Below, in pieces: positions 1 to 14,212 of a DNA stretch of 64,000 bases. Source of the DNA: Octopus sinensis (taxonomy: Eukaryota). The stretch spans positions 70,246,001 through 70,310,000 of the forward strand of contig NC_043005.1 of NCBI RefSeq assembly GCF_006345805.1, given 5' to 3'. Both the position numbers and the translations under genes were made by a program. The stretch's first letter is position 1. Every line of letters begins with the position of its first letter. The notes under the pieces were generated by a model. It was not told the origin of the DNA. It searched no databases and saw only the letters and a program-made list of their open reading frames with translations.

Positions 1-94
1 ATTATAAAAAACACAAACGTTACGACCCTTATACGAGGACATCTTGCTAATACACCGTCAACAATAATATCATCATTATTAGCAGCTGCAGCAG

Positions 95-210
95 CAGCAT
101 TACTGGTAGTAGCAGCAGTAGCAGTAGCGGCAGCACCAACAGTAGTTGTAGTAGCAGTAGTACTAGTAGTAGTAGTGGTAGTTGTAGTAGCAGCAGCAAA
201 AATTGTAGTT

Positions 211-254
<44 letters not shown>

Positions 255-423
255 GGTAGTGGCGGTGGTGGTGGTGGTGGTGGTGGTGGTGGTAGTTGTA
301 GTAGTAGTAGTAGAAGAAGAAGAAGAAGAAGAAGAAGAAGAAGAAGAAGAAGAAGAAGAAGAAGAAGAAGAAGAAGAAGAAGAAGAAGAGAAGAAGAAGA
401 AGAAGAAGAAGAAGAAGAAGAAG
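95..423. repeat. Compound trinucleotide microsatellite (GCA/GTA/GTG then long GAA run)
   Basis: Read directly from sequence; accounts for the poly-V/E/K and poly-L/F/Y ORFs in the track. Confidence 0.97.
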
Positions 424-1155
424 CGTGGTGGCCACAGCAATAACAAGATTCAGAGGAAATTTAAGAGGAGAACACTGATGTAGAGAAAAGAGAGGCATGG
501 GCACGATTCGGTAAGAACAATAGATGGAAAGGGAGAGACAAATGAGAGAGGAAAATGAAAGTGTAATTAAAATTATATATGAATGATCGAATATGATTAG
601 AATGAAATAAGAATAAATGAACGAAAGAAGATATGAAAGAATAACAGAACAAGAAGAATGGAAGAGAAAGGGTATGAGAATAACGGATTGCGGTAGTAGG
701 AAGTAACGAAGATAAAACATGGAAAACGAAAAGGTAAAAAAAATTGGAACTGGAAAAAAAAATATATAGTATCATGAACTGGAAGAATAAAACGTGAATG
801 AGTCGAAAAAAAGTGATTTACGAAAAGAAGAGAAAGAAAATGGCGCACCAACAGAATAAGGAGAGAATAGAGAAACAGAAAATGCGGACGTCGATAAAGA
901 GGAAGACTACGTAACAATAGGTTATGATTAGGACTGAGATGCGTTCACTGTACTGTGGTGTCATATTTTCATGATAAGGGCAATATTTCTGATTGAAAGT
1001 GAGTGGAAATCTGTGTATAATATTTCAAGGAAGGATTCTGCAGAGAGGTTTGACAAGACCGAATATTTCTATGGTTGGAATGAATACTTCAAATTAGTCA
1101 CAATAGCTACTATTGCGTAGCTACTAACAAATCAATATGCATGCATTTGTGCATG

Positions 1156-1186
<31 letters not shown>

Positions 1187-2336
1187 GTGTGTGCGTGCAT
1201 ATTAATAAAAAAAACATACACATACACACACATATATGTAGATATATGTATATATGTCGATGTGTATGTGAAATACAGATCGGTTTTGTAGTATGTTTAG
1301 TTGCAGCATGACCTATTGCTTAAGAAGTCTCTAGTTTCAATTTTACAATGTGGCATATAAGCGCAAGAGTGGTTTTCTGTAGCCTTGTTTTCTGTTCATA
1401 CCTTGTAAGTGAAATTGGATGGATGAAAATATTGTAGATGACTATCAAAACCATTGTACTGTAGAACAATGGTCTAACCCTACCGCACACTGTTGCACTC
1501 TCTCCCTCTCTCTCTCCCTCTCTCTCTCTTGATTTCTCTCTCTGTCTAAGAATTATATTAAGTGCACGCTTGTCTAGGGAAAACTCAAGCAGTTACATAA
1601 TCATTTAACAAAACCTGTCGTTTGGTTGAACTAACAAAACAGTATGTCTGAGATTCATATTATACTTACTTTTATATATACATATATTCTACGATATACG
1701 CATGCACACACTTATAAAGGTGCACATAAATAATGTATATACGTATTTATATGATGTGTGGATTCAGGTATTGCTCAGTGGTTAAAAAGCTCACTTCGCA
1801 AATCTATTTCGAGTTTGATACTTATAGCGTAGAATTTTGCCCAAGTCTATATAAATGTGTCTGTGGTATCTTCGGCGGGTGCATTAACCAACGTCTCTGG
1901 TTGACACAAGCCTTGTGAGGGCGCTTGAAATGACGGGCATTATGGGCCCCTGTCTGATGGACTTTAAATGTACTCTGTATGCCCAGCATTGTCACTGTTG
2001 TATGACGACAATTGCATTGGAAATTAACATTAAGAAAATGCATGTAAGAAAATATAACCAGTTCAGGAATCTCATCACAGCTGATTGAACCTGCTACTGG
2101 TACCATGCAAGCCGGTCTTACATGTTTCATGATTAAGTGACAGGCGACTAAACCAGTCTTAAAAAATAAGTATTGGGGTCGATTTTTTCGACTAAGCCCA
2201 GTGACTCAAGCAAGCAAAAGAAAAGACTATTTCATAATTAGTAATAACTATTGATAATGGTGTCTGGACACACAGTAATACTGAAAGAGCTGTTGAAGAA
2301 CAGATGAGTTCCTTGTGCGCAAACGGCCATCCGTTT

Positions 2337-2514
2337 GGAGAAGGCAATGACAAACCACCTCAATATCTCTGCCAAGAAAACATTATGAGAAAGTCAGAAC
2401 GAAATAAAGCTATGGCTTGGTCAGATAGGAGACTCATGTTGTAGAGGGAAGGCTTTTACTGTTGTCTCACCAACGAGCTGCAAAACTGAACGATACCAGA
2501 CGACAACGACAACG
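2337..2514 (+). mobile_element. RTE-clade-type 3' tail remnant (LINE end or RTE-tailed SINE)
   Basis: GGAGAAGGCAATGACAAACCACCTCAATATCTCTGCCAAGAAAAC resembles the RTE/BovB-type 3' end as I recall it; ends in a short GACAAC repeat. Confidence 0.5.
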
Positions 2515-2947
2515 TCAAAAGGATATGAAAAGAAATGATATTTAATAAGAGAAATGAAAGAGGAAAACTAAGTGAGCAATTACTGTGGAAGTAGAACGGG
2601 ATGGCAAGTTGACAAGGACAAGAAGCATAAAGGAGAAAGGGGAAGAAAGCCGAAAGGGAAAAATAATTGTGTAAAAATTCATTGGTACGTTAAGAAGAGG
2701 AATATAGAATAAAATGGGAGGGTACTTGAAGGAGAAGGTAAAAAGAAAGTAGACTCGATCAAGAACAATCAAGAATCTAGGGCTGAAGTAGATAATTAAG
2801 GACTTAAATATAAGAAGGAGAGGAATAAGACGGTGAAGATGCGAGGAAAAAATATTGCAAAAAAAATAATAAAATAAGGATGTAGTTTAAAGTCATATTT
2901 TCATTTCTAATTGAAACTAAAAATAAATTTGTGTATGATACAATTTA

Positions 2948-3130
2948 GGCACAGGCGTCGCTGTGTGGTGAGAAGCTTGCTTCCCAATCACATTGTACCG
3001 GGTTCAGTCGCACGACATCTCACTTTGGGCAAGTGTCCTCTACTATTGCCTCGGGCCGACCAAAACCTTGTGAGTAGATTTGATAGCCGGCGGAAATTAA
3101 AAGAAATCCGTCATGTAAATATAAATATAT

Positions 3131-3177
<47 letters not shown>

Positions 3178-3646
3178 CTTTACTATCCACAAGGGGCTGA
3201 ACACAGAGGAGACAAACAAGGACAGACACACGGATTAAGTTGATAACATCGACCCCAGTGCGTAACTGGTGCTTAATTTATCGACCCCTGAAGGATGAAA
3301 GGCAAAGTCGACCTCGGCGGAACTTGAACTCGGAACGTAACGGCAGACGAAATACGGCAACGCATTTCGCCCGGCGTGCTAACGTTTCTGCCAGCTCACC
3401 GCGTGCTAACGTTTCTGCCAGCCTGCCGCCTTCATATATATATATGCGCGTGTGTCTCTGTGTTTGTACTAGTCCCCTACACCATTTGACAACCTGAGCT
3501 GGTGTTCTAACGTCACTGTAACTTAGCGGTTCGGCAAATGAACAGGTAGAATAAATACCAGACTCGATTTATTTGACCAGCAATTCTCCGAGGTGGTGCT
3601 TCAGCATGGCCACAATCTAATACCTGAAACAAATAAGATGAAAAGA
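2948..3646 (+). mobile_element. tRNA-derived SINE family A, interrupted by a nested SINE in its internal (TA)n
   Basis: tRNA-like head, CORE-like CTTTGGGCAAGTGTCCTCTACTAT, internal microsatellite, 3' half (TTAGCGGTTCGGCAAA...CAGCATGGCC...CTGAAAC) matching the other family A copies in the window. Confidence 0.85.
3173..3430 (-). mobile_element. tRNA-derived SINE family B (Tx1-like 3' tail), nested in SINE A
   Basis: Minus strand reads GGCGGCAGGCTGGCAGAAACGTTAGCACGC...GAGTTCAAGTTCCGCCGAGGTCGACTTTGCCTTTCATCC...CAGCCCCTTGTGGATAGTAAAGAAA. A 22-bp head segment is duplicated (3374-3395 / 3401-3422). Confidence 0.85.
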
Positions 3647-4029
3647 AGAAACTTAAAAGAAAGATAATATCTGAGGGAGGAACACTGTGGAATTGTATGA
3701 AGCTGGAAGCGTTTTGCAAATGGAATATAGATCTGAAATTAGATGGTAAGAAACAACTTTATACTTTTTGCTAATTTAATACATACTCTCAAACATATAT
3801 GCATACTTGTAGTACATAAAAGTAACAAAGAATCTTCGTATTTGTGAGTGAATGCGTGTATATATGTATATATTTTTTGGTATTTATTTTTTACACTTAC
3901 ATGCATGTATACATTATTATACATGTGTATGTGTGTAAATGTATGTATATCTATGCATTTATTTATCCATGTACGTATAAATATATATTTTAAAAACATT
4001 CCCGTTGAGATATTCTCATAGTGTGATTC

Positions 4030-4200
4030 GCTGTTCGTTAAGTCGGTTGCTTCGCAACCACATGTTTTGGGGCTAAGTCCCTGCGTGGCATCTTAGGATG
4101 TGGATGTTTTTGTTTTTTTTTACTATAGCCTTGGGTCGTCCAAAGCCTTGCGAGTGGATTTGCTAGTCGCAAATTGAAAGAAGCCCGTTTATACATATAC
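4030..4200 (+). mobile_element. SINE family A, 5' half, degenerate
   Basis: CAACCACATG...ACTATAGCCTTGGGTCGTCCAAAGCCTTGCGAGTGGATTTG...GAAAGAAGCCCGT matches family A. Confidence 0.75.
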
Positions 4201-6299
4201 GTCAATGTAAGTTTGTACATATGTTTGACAGCCGGAGTTATCTTTTATTATTATTATCATTATTATTATTTTTGCTTACAACCCCTTACTTTAGCTTTTT
4301 GACAAAAGTGTAGGAATGAATATGTACCAGTCTTAAAAAATAAGTATTGGGGCCGAATTTTTCGACTAAGCCTAGTGATTCAAACAAGCAAAAGAAAAGA
4401 CTATTTCATGATTAGTAATAATATTGATAAATATTTTGCATTGCTTGGTATTATTATTAATGACATAGATGCTGTCGTTTACAGCAATTTTTATTTTTCA
4501 AACAGCTGTAGAAATTTTATTCATTTAACCATTTGCTGCTCCTGTATATAGCATGTGATACATACATTTCCCTGCCTCTCGTGTATTATATAATGCTACA
4601 CATTTCCGATTTTCTTCAGCCTGTAGAGAAACTAGGAACTTATGAAGGGAAAGCTTCATATTGCACGGAACGTACCAACAAAGAGCTAACGTAAAGTATG
4701 AAAAATATGCGTGTTTAAGGAGAAACTTGGGGAAATTCTCTGGTTAGGAAATGGGTTAAAACATCTACGGTTGCTTTTAAAAAGTCAATGATATTGGCGC
4801 TTCGCAATTTCTCAGGTGTGTTTGTGTGTGTATGTGTGTGGATGTGTGTGTATGTTTGTGTGTGTGTGTATGTGTATATACATGCACTTAACTAATATCC
4901 CCGTATGACAATCACAAACCGATTCAAAACCAATGGCAACGAATAATCTATCCAAGTCAAGATAATAGAAGAAAAATTAATGTCGACGCCTTTGTCACAA
5001 TCTCTTTGTCAAGAACTAATAAAGGAGAATGAGAAGAAGGAAGCCTAGTTTTAGTACATAAAGTGACATACAGAACAAGTGAATATTAATTTTACGAACA
5101 CGAGCTAAATTAAGGGAAAACAGGAGTGAGATTAAAAATGATGCGTGCAGAAAATTTATGAATGTGTGACAAGTGTACAAAAATGATGAAGTTAAATGAA
5201 GTACATGTAAGTTATGATTTGTATGTGGGAGCGAACAGAGAATTTAATAGTACATGCGCTGTTTCTGGAGCGAATTTCTCGTGCATTAAGTGATGTGCAA
5301 TATATTTGAAGTGTGTTAACCTATGTGTATGACATCAAGATCTAAATCTGTGTGAATGAGCAAATCCGTGTGTGTGGATTTGTTTGTATGTGTTTCGTTG
5401 TGCTATTGCGTGTGTGTACAATGAAGGATGTGTGATTTTGGAGATATTTTAATTACAATATTGACGGCTCGATTATTGAATCTCTGCCTTTATATATTAC
5501 TAACGTTAAATGTCATCTCTATCTCTCGGTGATATTCAATATCCTGTCGCAAATACAGATTTATTAAATTAGGAGTTGAATCGGTTTCTTCGTATCAAAA
5601 TTGAACGGAATCTCCAGCTACAATCCATCATACAACCTCTTACACTCACACTCACACAAACACATACGCACATACAAACACACACATACATTCTAGGATA
5701 CTAGATAATAGCTACACCAGCCATCGTTTCTCTGGTGTTTACATCACAGCAAATTTTTACGTTTTGCTTTCTTTCACATGCAAGTATTCATATGTATAAA
5801 ATAACATTTTGCAATGTTATTTTATTCTCTTATTTTTACTTGTTTACAATTTTATTGCCTTCAGAGTATTCTCCATTTGAAGCAATGCCTCGGTCCAGAC
5901 GTCTCCCTTAGCAGAAAACAGAATCTCAGCCATCGTAAAAATCGACGAGCAGGGAAGAAACAATGCAAAACTAAGACGCGCCGCGTGGCAGTTCAACTGC
6001 ATCGCAGGTTGCCGGTCAGCAGATTGATAACTTAAGGTCACCTAAAGCCTGAAGCACAACGGGTCTGTTCCACAGAGAATGTATTCGGTTACTTTTGGGT
6101 ACCCTTTCGTGTATTTTAAATTATCATGCGGATTAATTGTTATAGTTTAATTCTTACCAGGCATTCATGATGTAAATATTTTTAGAGAATGTGCTTCTTA
6201 ATAATTCTCTTAAGAAAATGCTTATTAGTTTGGGAAGGATGTCCTGCTCCAGTTAATTATTGGCAAGAAACAAATGATTCTTTGGTGTTAATCGATTTA

Positions 6300-6620
6300 T
6301 CTGGTTGAGATTTCCTAAGCTTACTGGCAAATTGTCGATCCCTCGCGTGTAAAAGTCTTTAGCAAAGAACCTCTCAGAATTATTACACTTTTGTCTCTAA
6401 ATAATGTTGCAATCTTTTGAAAGAATGGTAGTCAGTTGGAGTATGGCAACAAGAGTAAGGAAGAGGAGTACGCAAAAGTTCCATACTTTATGGCATAATC
6501 TTTTCTTCACTGACTTGGGCAACATATGGTCTTGCATTATCGTTTAAAAATGCCCAATGGTGGATGCTTTTCTGCAATGTTTTATGTAATGTTTACAATT
6601 CAAAACAACGTTTCTTCGCT
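6300..6620 (-). mobile_element. Mariner transposase C-terminal remnant
   Basis: Minus-strand translation with frameshifts gives FLNDNARPYVA...PTDYHSFKRLQHYL...FYTRGIDNLP, i.e. the HDNARPH, SDYHLF and FY.RGI motifs of DD34D transposases. Confidence 0.7.
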
Positions 6621-7499
6621 TTCATTTTGGTTTCACACTTCATCATAGGCAATATCATTCATAATCCACCTACACAAGTGATAACCTAGTGTAGCCAAGG
6701 ATTTCGATGTATACGGTTATAGAGAACTCCCCTTTCCATCACTTGTAGCGATTTTATCCAAAGTAGTTTCGTTAGTAAGTCTTTTTCAATGATGAGAACA
6801 GAGAAGCACTCAGATAATGAAAGACTACCCAGCCAAGTTCAGACGCTTTCCTTAGAGCATGAAGATCAGTGATCAACCTGATAATTGAATTAAATTGTTT
6901 TGCTAATTGACTTGTAATCGACTTATGATATGAATTAAATTGTTTTTCCTCATTTACGGTTTTGAGAAATATTGTCAGGACTTAGTTGTTCCGAGAGAAA
7001 GGAATTAAACTTTTCCCGTATGAAATAGGCCAAACCAACCTTGGCTTATCCAGGAATTTTATAAATTGAATAATTTGTCGCTCCTATTGCTGAGGAGCCT
7101 CCCCTGAGGTCATACAGGGTATGAGGAATTTAATCACTATGGTACTAAACTTATCTTCAAAGAAAGTAAAAGAATAATGAAGTAGTACCCTCGAAGTAAT
7201 CATGTCAAACATGCTACAGGTCCTTCTTTCCAACATGTTAAATTTGTGGTTTGGTAATACTTTACTACATACCTTGTAATTCTAAATTGATATTCAGGAC
7301 ATAAAGAAAATTAATTCTAATTGAATTAGCTTTCTTTATATTTTATTCTATAAGTACTCGGGGATTGATAATATGTTTTCCTGTTCAGTTTGGTGCCCGG
7401 AAGAAAAAACTTCTGAGATTTACAAAAATGTGAATGACAGAAAAAGTTTGCCTCACTCAAACAAAGTTTTGAAGAAAACATTTGCTCAAAATTCAATTA

Positions 7500-7900
7500 T
7501 ACCCAAACGTTTGGTGTTCGTATAAGTATTAATTATTTTAATTGGAGACATGAGTAATTCAGGTTGACACATATAAAGTTTCAGTAATTGAATTCTATAG
7601 CTGATTGCATCAGAATCTAATGATTCAGAATTTCATTTGTTGAGTGTATTTAAGCTGTCAATCGGTACACTTTTCCTTCCTTGAAAGCAATGATATGCAC
7701 AGTGTTTCCAGCGAGGATTCATTGATTGGTATATATGGTAGTTCTAAACACCTGATAGGGGTTTACAACTACCAACTACCATATATAGCGGTTAGAGATT
7801 ATTGCACAGGCTGAAACAAGATATTTTCTCTCATACTACCATTGTGATTATTTCTGAATCATGAACAGGCATACCGAATGTATGTTCCAAACCTTGGAAC
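7500..7900 (-). mobile_element. Possible highly decayed Penelope-like RT core
   Basis: Weak fragments (WKHCAYHCF where WKRYLDDCF is expected; NEILNHLDSD) amid stops and frameshifts. Confidence 0.25.
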
Positions 7901-8334
7901 CCCACCTTTTGCCCCTCAAACGTTCCTGTTCCTATAATTTTCTAAGACAAATATTCTCTGCATAGCTTCGTGGTACGCTCCATAGATATATTAATCAATT
8001 AATTTGTCGTACTGAAACAAGATCAGACTATAAATATTGAGCAAGAGACTTAAATACACAATTGCAAATGACACTACATTATTTAATATCATATCGTCAA
8101 AATATAGTGTGCTATTGGACAGGTTAACTTTTATATTTTTTGAAATAGCTTCAGAAGATATTAAATAAAGGTTATTAAAATAAACAATATGATTTATAAA
8201 AAATACTTGATTAATATATGAGCATAAACATATATAAAATGAAACACTTATTGTATCCTATCCTTTGATGTATTTTATGCTCTCGGTTTTTGATATAATC
8301 TACAGAATTTATAACCGCACACAATGCCTATGTA

Positions 8335-8378
<44 letters not shown>

Positions 8379-8430
8379 AGTTATTTTAAATATGTATATA
8401 CACACACACACGCACACACACACAAAAACA

Positions 8431-8473
<43 letters not shown>

Positions 8474-8814
8474 ATACTTGGATGAGTGTGAGTGTGCGCG
8501 TACGTGGGTGTTTACATACTCCTGGATTCGATCTGTTGAACATGTAAATATTTTCTTTTGCTTCGAGTGGACCTGAGCCTTCCAAGTGAAATAGAGAGTA
8601 ATAAAATCATAGCAGACATCCCACCGTATTTACTCTGTCGTGGCTGTAATCAGAAGGTTAAACGTTGCACTCCATGCGAAGCTGTTTCCACTTGAAAATT
8701 ATAAAAATTGTATGCATCCCCATGGAATACAGAAATATATCCGAATCATTTCCATGAGCAATGTAGTAAACTTGTTCCAGCAATTGAATAATTGCGGCAA
8801 GGGAGAGAGTGAGA

Positions 8815-8902
8815 GTGATATATATGTATGTATATATATATATATGTATTTATATGCATGTCTCTCTCTTTCTCTCTCTATCTCTCTCTCTATCTATCTA
8901 TC

Positions 8903-8934
<32 letters not shown>

Positions 8935-8963
8935 CATACATACATATATATACATATATATAC

Positions 8964-9028
<65 letters not shown>

Positions 9029-9075
9029 TTATATATATATTTATATATATATATATATATACGTACATATATGCA
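8815..9075. repeat. Compound (TC)n/(TA)n/(TACA)n microsatellite
   Basis: Read directly; many similar tracts occur across the window. Confidence 0.95.
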
Positions 9076-9631
9076 TATATAGGTAGAGGACGTCACCCGC
9101 AGTGCAAATAACATGTAATACGTAAAAAACGACAAGAATGGAAAAAAAAGGCCAAGTTAAGACAGGGAAAGGACACTTCATCAGTTGTTGGCTGTCTATT
9201 TACATTTCGAGCATTCAACGACAATATGAGTCTTCAAAAACAGTTGCAAGCATAATTCTCAAACAAAATTTAGGATTTATAGAGGGTCATAGTTGGGAAC
9301 AAGAAAAACGACAGTGGTAAAAGTGAGCGACAAATATGGCTTGTTAGACCAGAACGTGAGGAATATAGTGAACGCTGGGAAAAATATGTTTTATAAGAGA
9401 AAAGATAGAAGTGATAGAGCAAAACACGCCCGTTAGTTTAAACGTCAATGCAGGAAAAGAAAGATGGTCACGTGAGGAAAAGAAATATGGACGACGGTCG
9501 CGTGTGAATAACGAGACAGAGAGATAAAAAAGAGAAAGAGATGGGGAGAGAGACAGATAGAAAACATTAAAGGAGGGAAAGAGATATATACATATATTTA
9601 TATATATATATATATGTGTGTATGTATGTAT

Positions 9632-9670
<39 letters not shown>

Positions 9671-9708
9671 TATTATTAAATTAATATCTAATTTTTCACC
9701 CTCATTTA

Positions 9709-9755
<47 letters not shown>

Positions 9756-10119
9756 TTCTGGGAATTTTTCGAAGTATCCCCGGCATTATTTTTACCTGCT
9801 GCTAACAAAAAACTGCGCTTGGGCGGTGGATTTGGAAAAGTTTAATATATAAGCACGGAGCACCTGCTGCATTGCCTCGTACTTGATCTAGACATATCTG
9901 TTGATGAAGACGTTGGCTTATCCAGGAATTTGATAAATTTACTAAAAAAAGGCAGAAACCATGGTCTGGGAAGTAGATGGTAAATGTTTTAATTTTTCAT
10001 TGCCTTCGAGGTGTATCCATAATAGTGGGTTGGATTTTGGCTATTACTTCTAGCCTGCCAGGAATCCTATGACGGATACCTCTTAAGTGTTTAAATGTAC
10101 ATTGTATATATATATATGC

Positions 10120-10169
<50 letters not shown>

Positions 10170-10329
10170 TGTGTGTGTGTATATTTATATATATAGGCAA
10201 ATTTGTTTGAAATGCACCTAAATTTGAAAACCGTGTAATTGTTTGAAAATATATTTATTTACATAAATACCAAACTAGTTTCGACAATATTTTTTGTTTA
10301 TCAAAGGTAAATAATTCAGAATTATGAAT

Positions 10330-10900
10330 TAGAAAAAACATCTGCAACAGTTTCAATGTTCGTGCAAAATTCAACGGTGTTAGTAGTGGTTGACAAGAAG
10401 TGAATTTCAACGAAATTTAAGTCGTACTGAGTTAAGAGGGAAAAATAGTAAAAGAAGGGATTCGGTTTACAGTTTCGGTGATTCTCTTTCCGTTCTGCGC
10501 AGGAACTTTCGCTTGTAACGGTGTTTTTTTGGGATCTGGTGTATTTATAATTTCTTCCCGCGAACGGATCTGATTTCTGATTCATCTAAGTATTGGTCAT
10601 ATCTTGTTTTTTCTGGTGGTCAAGCTTGTCGTTCTGCCCGGTTGACTTCCCTGCGGGGAACGGTCATTAGCCGTTCCAATTGGTTGATTCACTTAAAGAG
10701 TTCGGTTTTGATCGGAGGTAAAATTTCATTGGACTGGAGTTAGATGACGTCAGCAACTGGTGTTTGTGTGGTGATATTGTATGGTGATTTGGAGTTACGA
10801 TTTCGAAACCCGGGTGGACGACCGTCACTAAAGGCTTTTAAAATTGTCTTTTGTACCTTGTTGTTTTTTGCGAAGTTGAGTTTTTTCTCCTTTTACACGT
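10330..10900 (-). mobile_element. Possible decayed Penelope-like RT N-terminal region
   Basis: Minus-strand fragments LTSSNSSPMKFYLRSK and YDLNFVEIHFLSTTTNTVEFCTNIETV are loosely like the FYGLPKIHK and DFL...LCTFDIESL regions; many stops. Confidence 0.3.
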
Positions 10901-11311
10901 TAGCGTTTTTCTTTTTTCTCAAGGATATTCAGCTGTGGTTTATATTTTTAATGGGTTTGCTTTCCTTATTTAAACGCCATCAAGAGTAAAATAGAAAAAC
11001 ATATTTTCTTAGATTCCATTTCTTCTTCGCGTTTTTTTTTTGCATGCGTTTCTTAGTTCACTTTGAACTCGATAATGTTGACAAAGGAGCGCATTATACA
11101 TAAACTCACTGAACAATTATCCAGATGCCTACACCCATTTACGCATTAGAATCCAGACCATAGACAATATATACATGGTGCCCACAAATTTTAATACACA
11201 TGAACTTCAAGAACCATATTTGAATACCCTGTATTTGACGTAAGATGTTGCTATCTAAATCCATGCACGTATACATGTATGTATATATATATATCTGTAT
11301 GTGTATGCATG

Positions 11312-11353
<42 letters not shown>

Positions 11354-12191
11354 GAAATGAAGAAAATGCTGACAAAATAATTGAAGTAAAAGTAATTTAA
11401 TTAGGTGAAAGTTCTTTTTACCGGTGGTGCATTTGTTATGCTTATCAAAGTATAAAAGAGAGATTAGAGTTCCTTCCTGATAGATTTTTTCCTCTTATCT
11501 TAAATATATATATATACATACATATATATGTATGTGTACGTGTGTATGTATGCGCATGTATGTGTATATACTCATATATGTGTGTGTGTTTGCGCGTGTG
11601 TGTATATATAAACGGGTAGAAATATACATGTCTACATCTCTATCGGCCCTTGTAGATGTATGTACATATATATATATATATATATGTACACATTCATATA
11701 TACATATGCATCTGTGTATGTATATGTGCGTATGAGCATGAATGCAAAAAAATATTTCGTTTAAGTATTATCTTCCTTTCTAATTCCTTTTCTTTCCCAA
11801 CATCAGCTTTGGCTCGTTACGTCATTTTCTCTAAACCAGAATTTTCACGTACATATTTGAATTTTTCGTATTTCAACTTTTCTCTGATTTTACTCATTCA
11901 CAAATTTGACGGACTTCTATCGATGCGCATAACCGAATCTCTACTGAAACTTTTAATTATTTTTAGTTATTTATGTATCCGAAGAGACCCAGAACGTGTC
12001 GAAACATCTGAAGTACGAAATAAAATATTTTCCTTTTTTGTTCCGTCAATTTTATTAATACTGTTACCTTAACCACTACTATGAAGTTCCTGCAATCTAC
12101 AAATAATAAGTTAATCGAAACTGCTTTACTCATCATCCATATATAACATTCTGTATAAATTCTCCATGATATATATATATATATATATATA

Positions 12192-12433
12192 TCACCGTGA
12201 CCACCGTGCTACACATCGTGCTATATATCGTGCTACACATCGCTGGTCACAATAATGCGCTTCGCATTGTTTTAGTCTTGAAATGACGCCACCACGCTGG
12301 AAAAGAGTACAGCAGGGTTCGCCACCACCCCCTGCTGGAGTCTCGTGGCGCTTTAGGTGTTTTCGCTCAATAAACACTCCCAATGCCCGGTCTGGGAAGT
12401 CCGCTGCCCTAACTACTAGGTCAGTGCGCCTCC
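12192..12433 (-). mobile_element. tRNA-derived SINE family D, head internally deleted, GGTCACGGTGA-type tail
   Basis: Minus strand GGAGGCGCACTGACCTAGTAGTTAGGGCAGCGGACT...GAGCGAAAACACCTAAA shares head and body with the 23424 copy; (TA)n tracts on both sides. Confidence 0.8.
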
Positions 12434-14212
12434 ACACACACACATATATATATATATAGAGAGAGAGAAAGAAGAGAAGGAGGGAGAGAGACAGGGAGAG
12501 AGAAATCAATAAATTAAAATATCTCGAACACAGAAGATTAGAGAGTGGCTGTAAAATCTGGTTTAGTAAATCGGGTAGTAAAAACACCTCTATGCACAGA
12601 AGAAAAGTGGTCAGCAGCCACTAAAACTAATTTCACAGCTATTCTCCTGTGCTCGAGGTTTTCTTAATATCTACATGTATGACATTTAATCGACGATTTC
12701 AATGTTTGTATATAAAAATGCTTACACATTTCAAAAAGCTGCTATTTAACGTTACAAAATACGATGTATGTTCTCAGGGGTCGCTTGGTAGAGCGTTCAT
12801 CCGGAAATTGAGAGATAACTGCCTTGGTTTCGCTATAGTTGCCAGTGGCCAATGGACACACACATATCCATTTCACATATCTTTCAATTTCTCCTCTGTG
12901 CAAATAATTTTTTTATGGATACAACTCCTTACAAAAATAGGAATTAATGTATAATTTCTTTCTATATTCATAATCAAATAAATGTTTTAATGATTAGACA
13001 GTGGTCCAATACAATAGTTCTCAGCAACAGACTACGTACAAATTCTGTCTTCACAACTGCTGAAGCAGTTTTCTGACAGAAAGTGGAGAAGAAATTTTCA
13101 TACAGCTAGAGGCTTCAATCGAAACAGGGGACCCGAAATGATAAAGTTGAGAAAGGCTGTTGTAGATAATACCTAACGGAAAACGATCACACCCACATCA
13201 TCCAAACAGACCGGTGGAAACCGGGCTTAACTGCTAGTTATATATAAACTGAAGAATCTGTAATCTCGATAGTTTTGTCCATCTAGATTTAGAGTACTTT
13301 TTTCTGCTTCAAGTAATTTTCGTGCATTTTAGAAACTAATTTATCCTTTAGTGTGACTCAAATATCATCAAAATAGTTCATGACAAAACTTGTCAAATAA
13401 TTTTTGATACATGTACTATTGACTCTTGCAGAAATAGATAATACAGCAATGACAATAATCTCAGATAATGTTTTGTGACTTGAGTATTTTTATATATATT
13501 TATATATCATCTCGAATTCCTATTTTATTGTCCTCTCTGTTAAATCGTATTAGGGTTTGCTATATATTATATCAATTATCTCTTTATTAATACATATATG
13601 ATATTTAATATAATAAAGTGGGTAATTGTGACAAACGCACAGGATTATGTATGAAGATACGTAAGCTACATGTGTAATATAAAACATTTTTTATATGGAT
13701 AATAAATGCACTAGAATATAACAAAGGATATGCAGAGCTTTTTTTGTTTCCTTCCAATCAAAGTAAAATTCCAACAATAATGGAACTGTGAAATCGATAT
13801 TTCCCTTTGTCTATTCAAAAATCGATCCTGGTTTTCATATTCCAAGTATCGGAAGCTCCTTTAACATTTTTACAAGTGCTCAAATTTCATATCTGAAATA
13901 TTTATTCTATTTATATAATTTATGGATGCATTAAGAGGTAATGTTTTAGCTGACGCCTTATTTGTATAGTTGTGTGCTCTTGACTCTCAAATTTCTCTCA
14001 CTATCGTATTCAGATTTTTGGGCTTTTGTCATGAGAGCTTCTATAAACCAATGTATATAAACATGGTGTTTATGCATGTATGTATGTATGTATGTATGTA
14101 TGTATGTATGTATGTATGTATGTATGTATGTATGTATGTGCTTATGTATGTATGTATTTGTGTTCCCCGCGGTTTGCTTATATATACTCGGATATATGTT
14201 TACATGGTGACA

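Noticed and set aside
163-917. Low-complexity ORFs (poly-V/E/K, F/Y/H) and all YIYI/VCVC/THTH ORFs across the window
   Set aside because: Translations of microsatellites, not genes.
5860-6070. GC-richer stretch after a good acceptor (TTGCCTTCAG)
   Set aside because: No matching donor, partner exon or recognisable peptide; cannot be supported.
7041-9939. 27-bp match TTGGCTTATCCAGGAATTT.ATAAATT at 7041 and 9913
   Set aside because: Probably fragments of one old repeat family; too short to interpret.
10670-10760. Promoter-like CCAAT and perfect CRE (TGACGTCA 10745-10752) in a CpG-containing stretch
   Set aside because: Short motifs are expected by chance, and the region looks more like a decayed retroelement.
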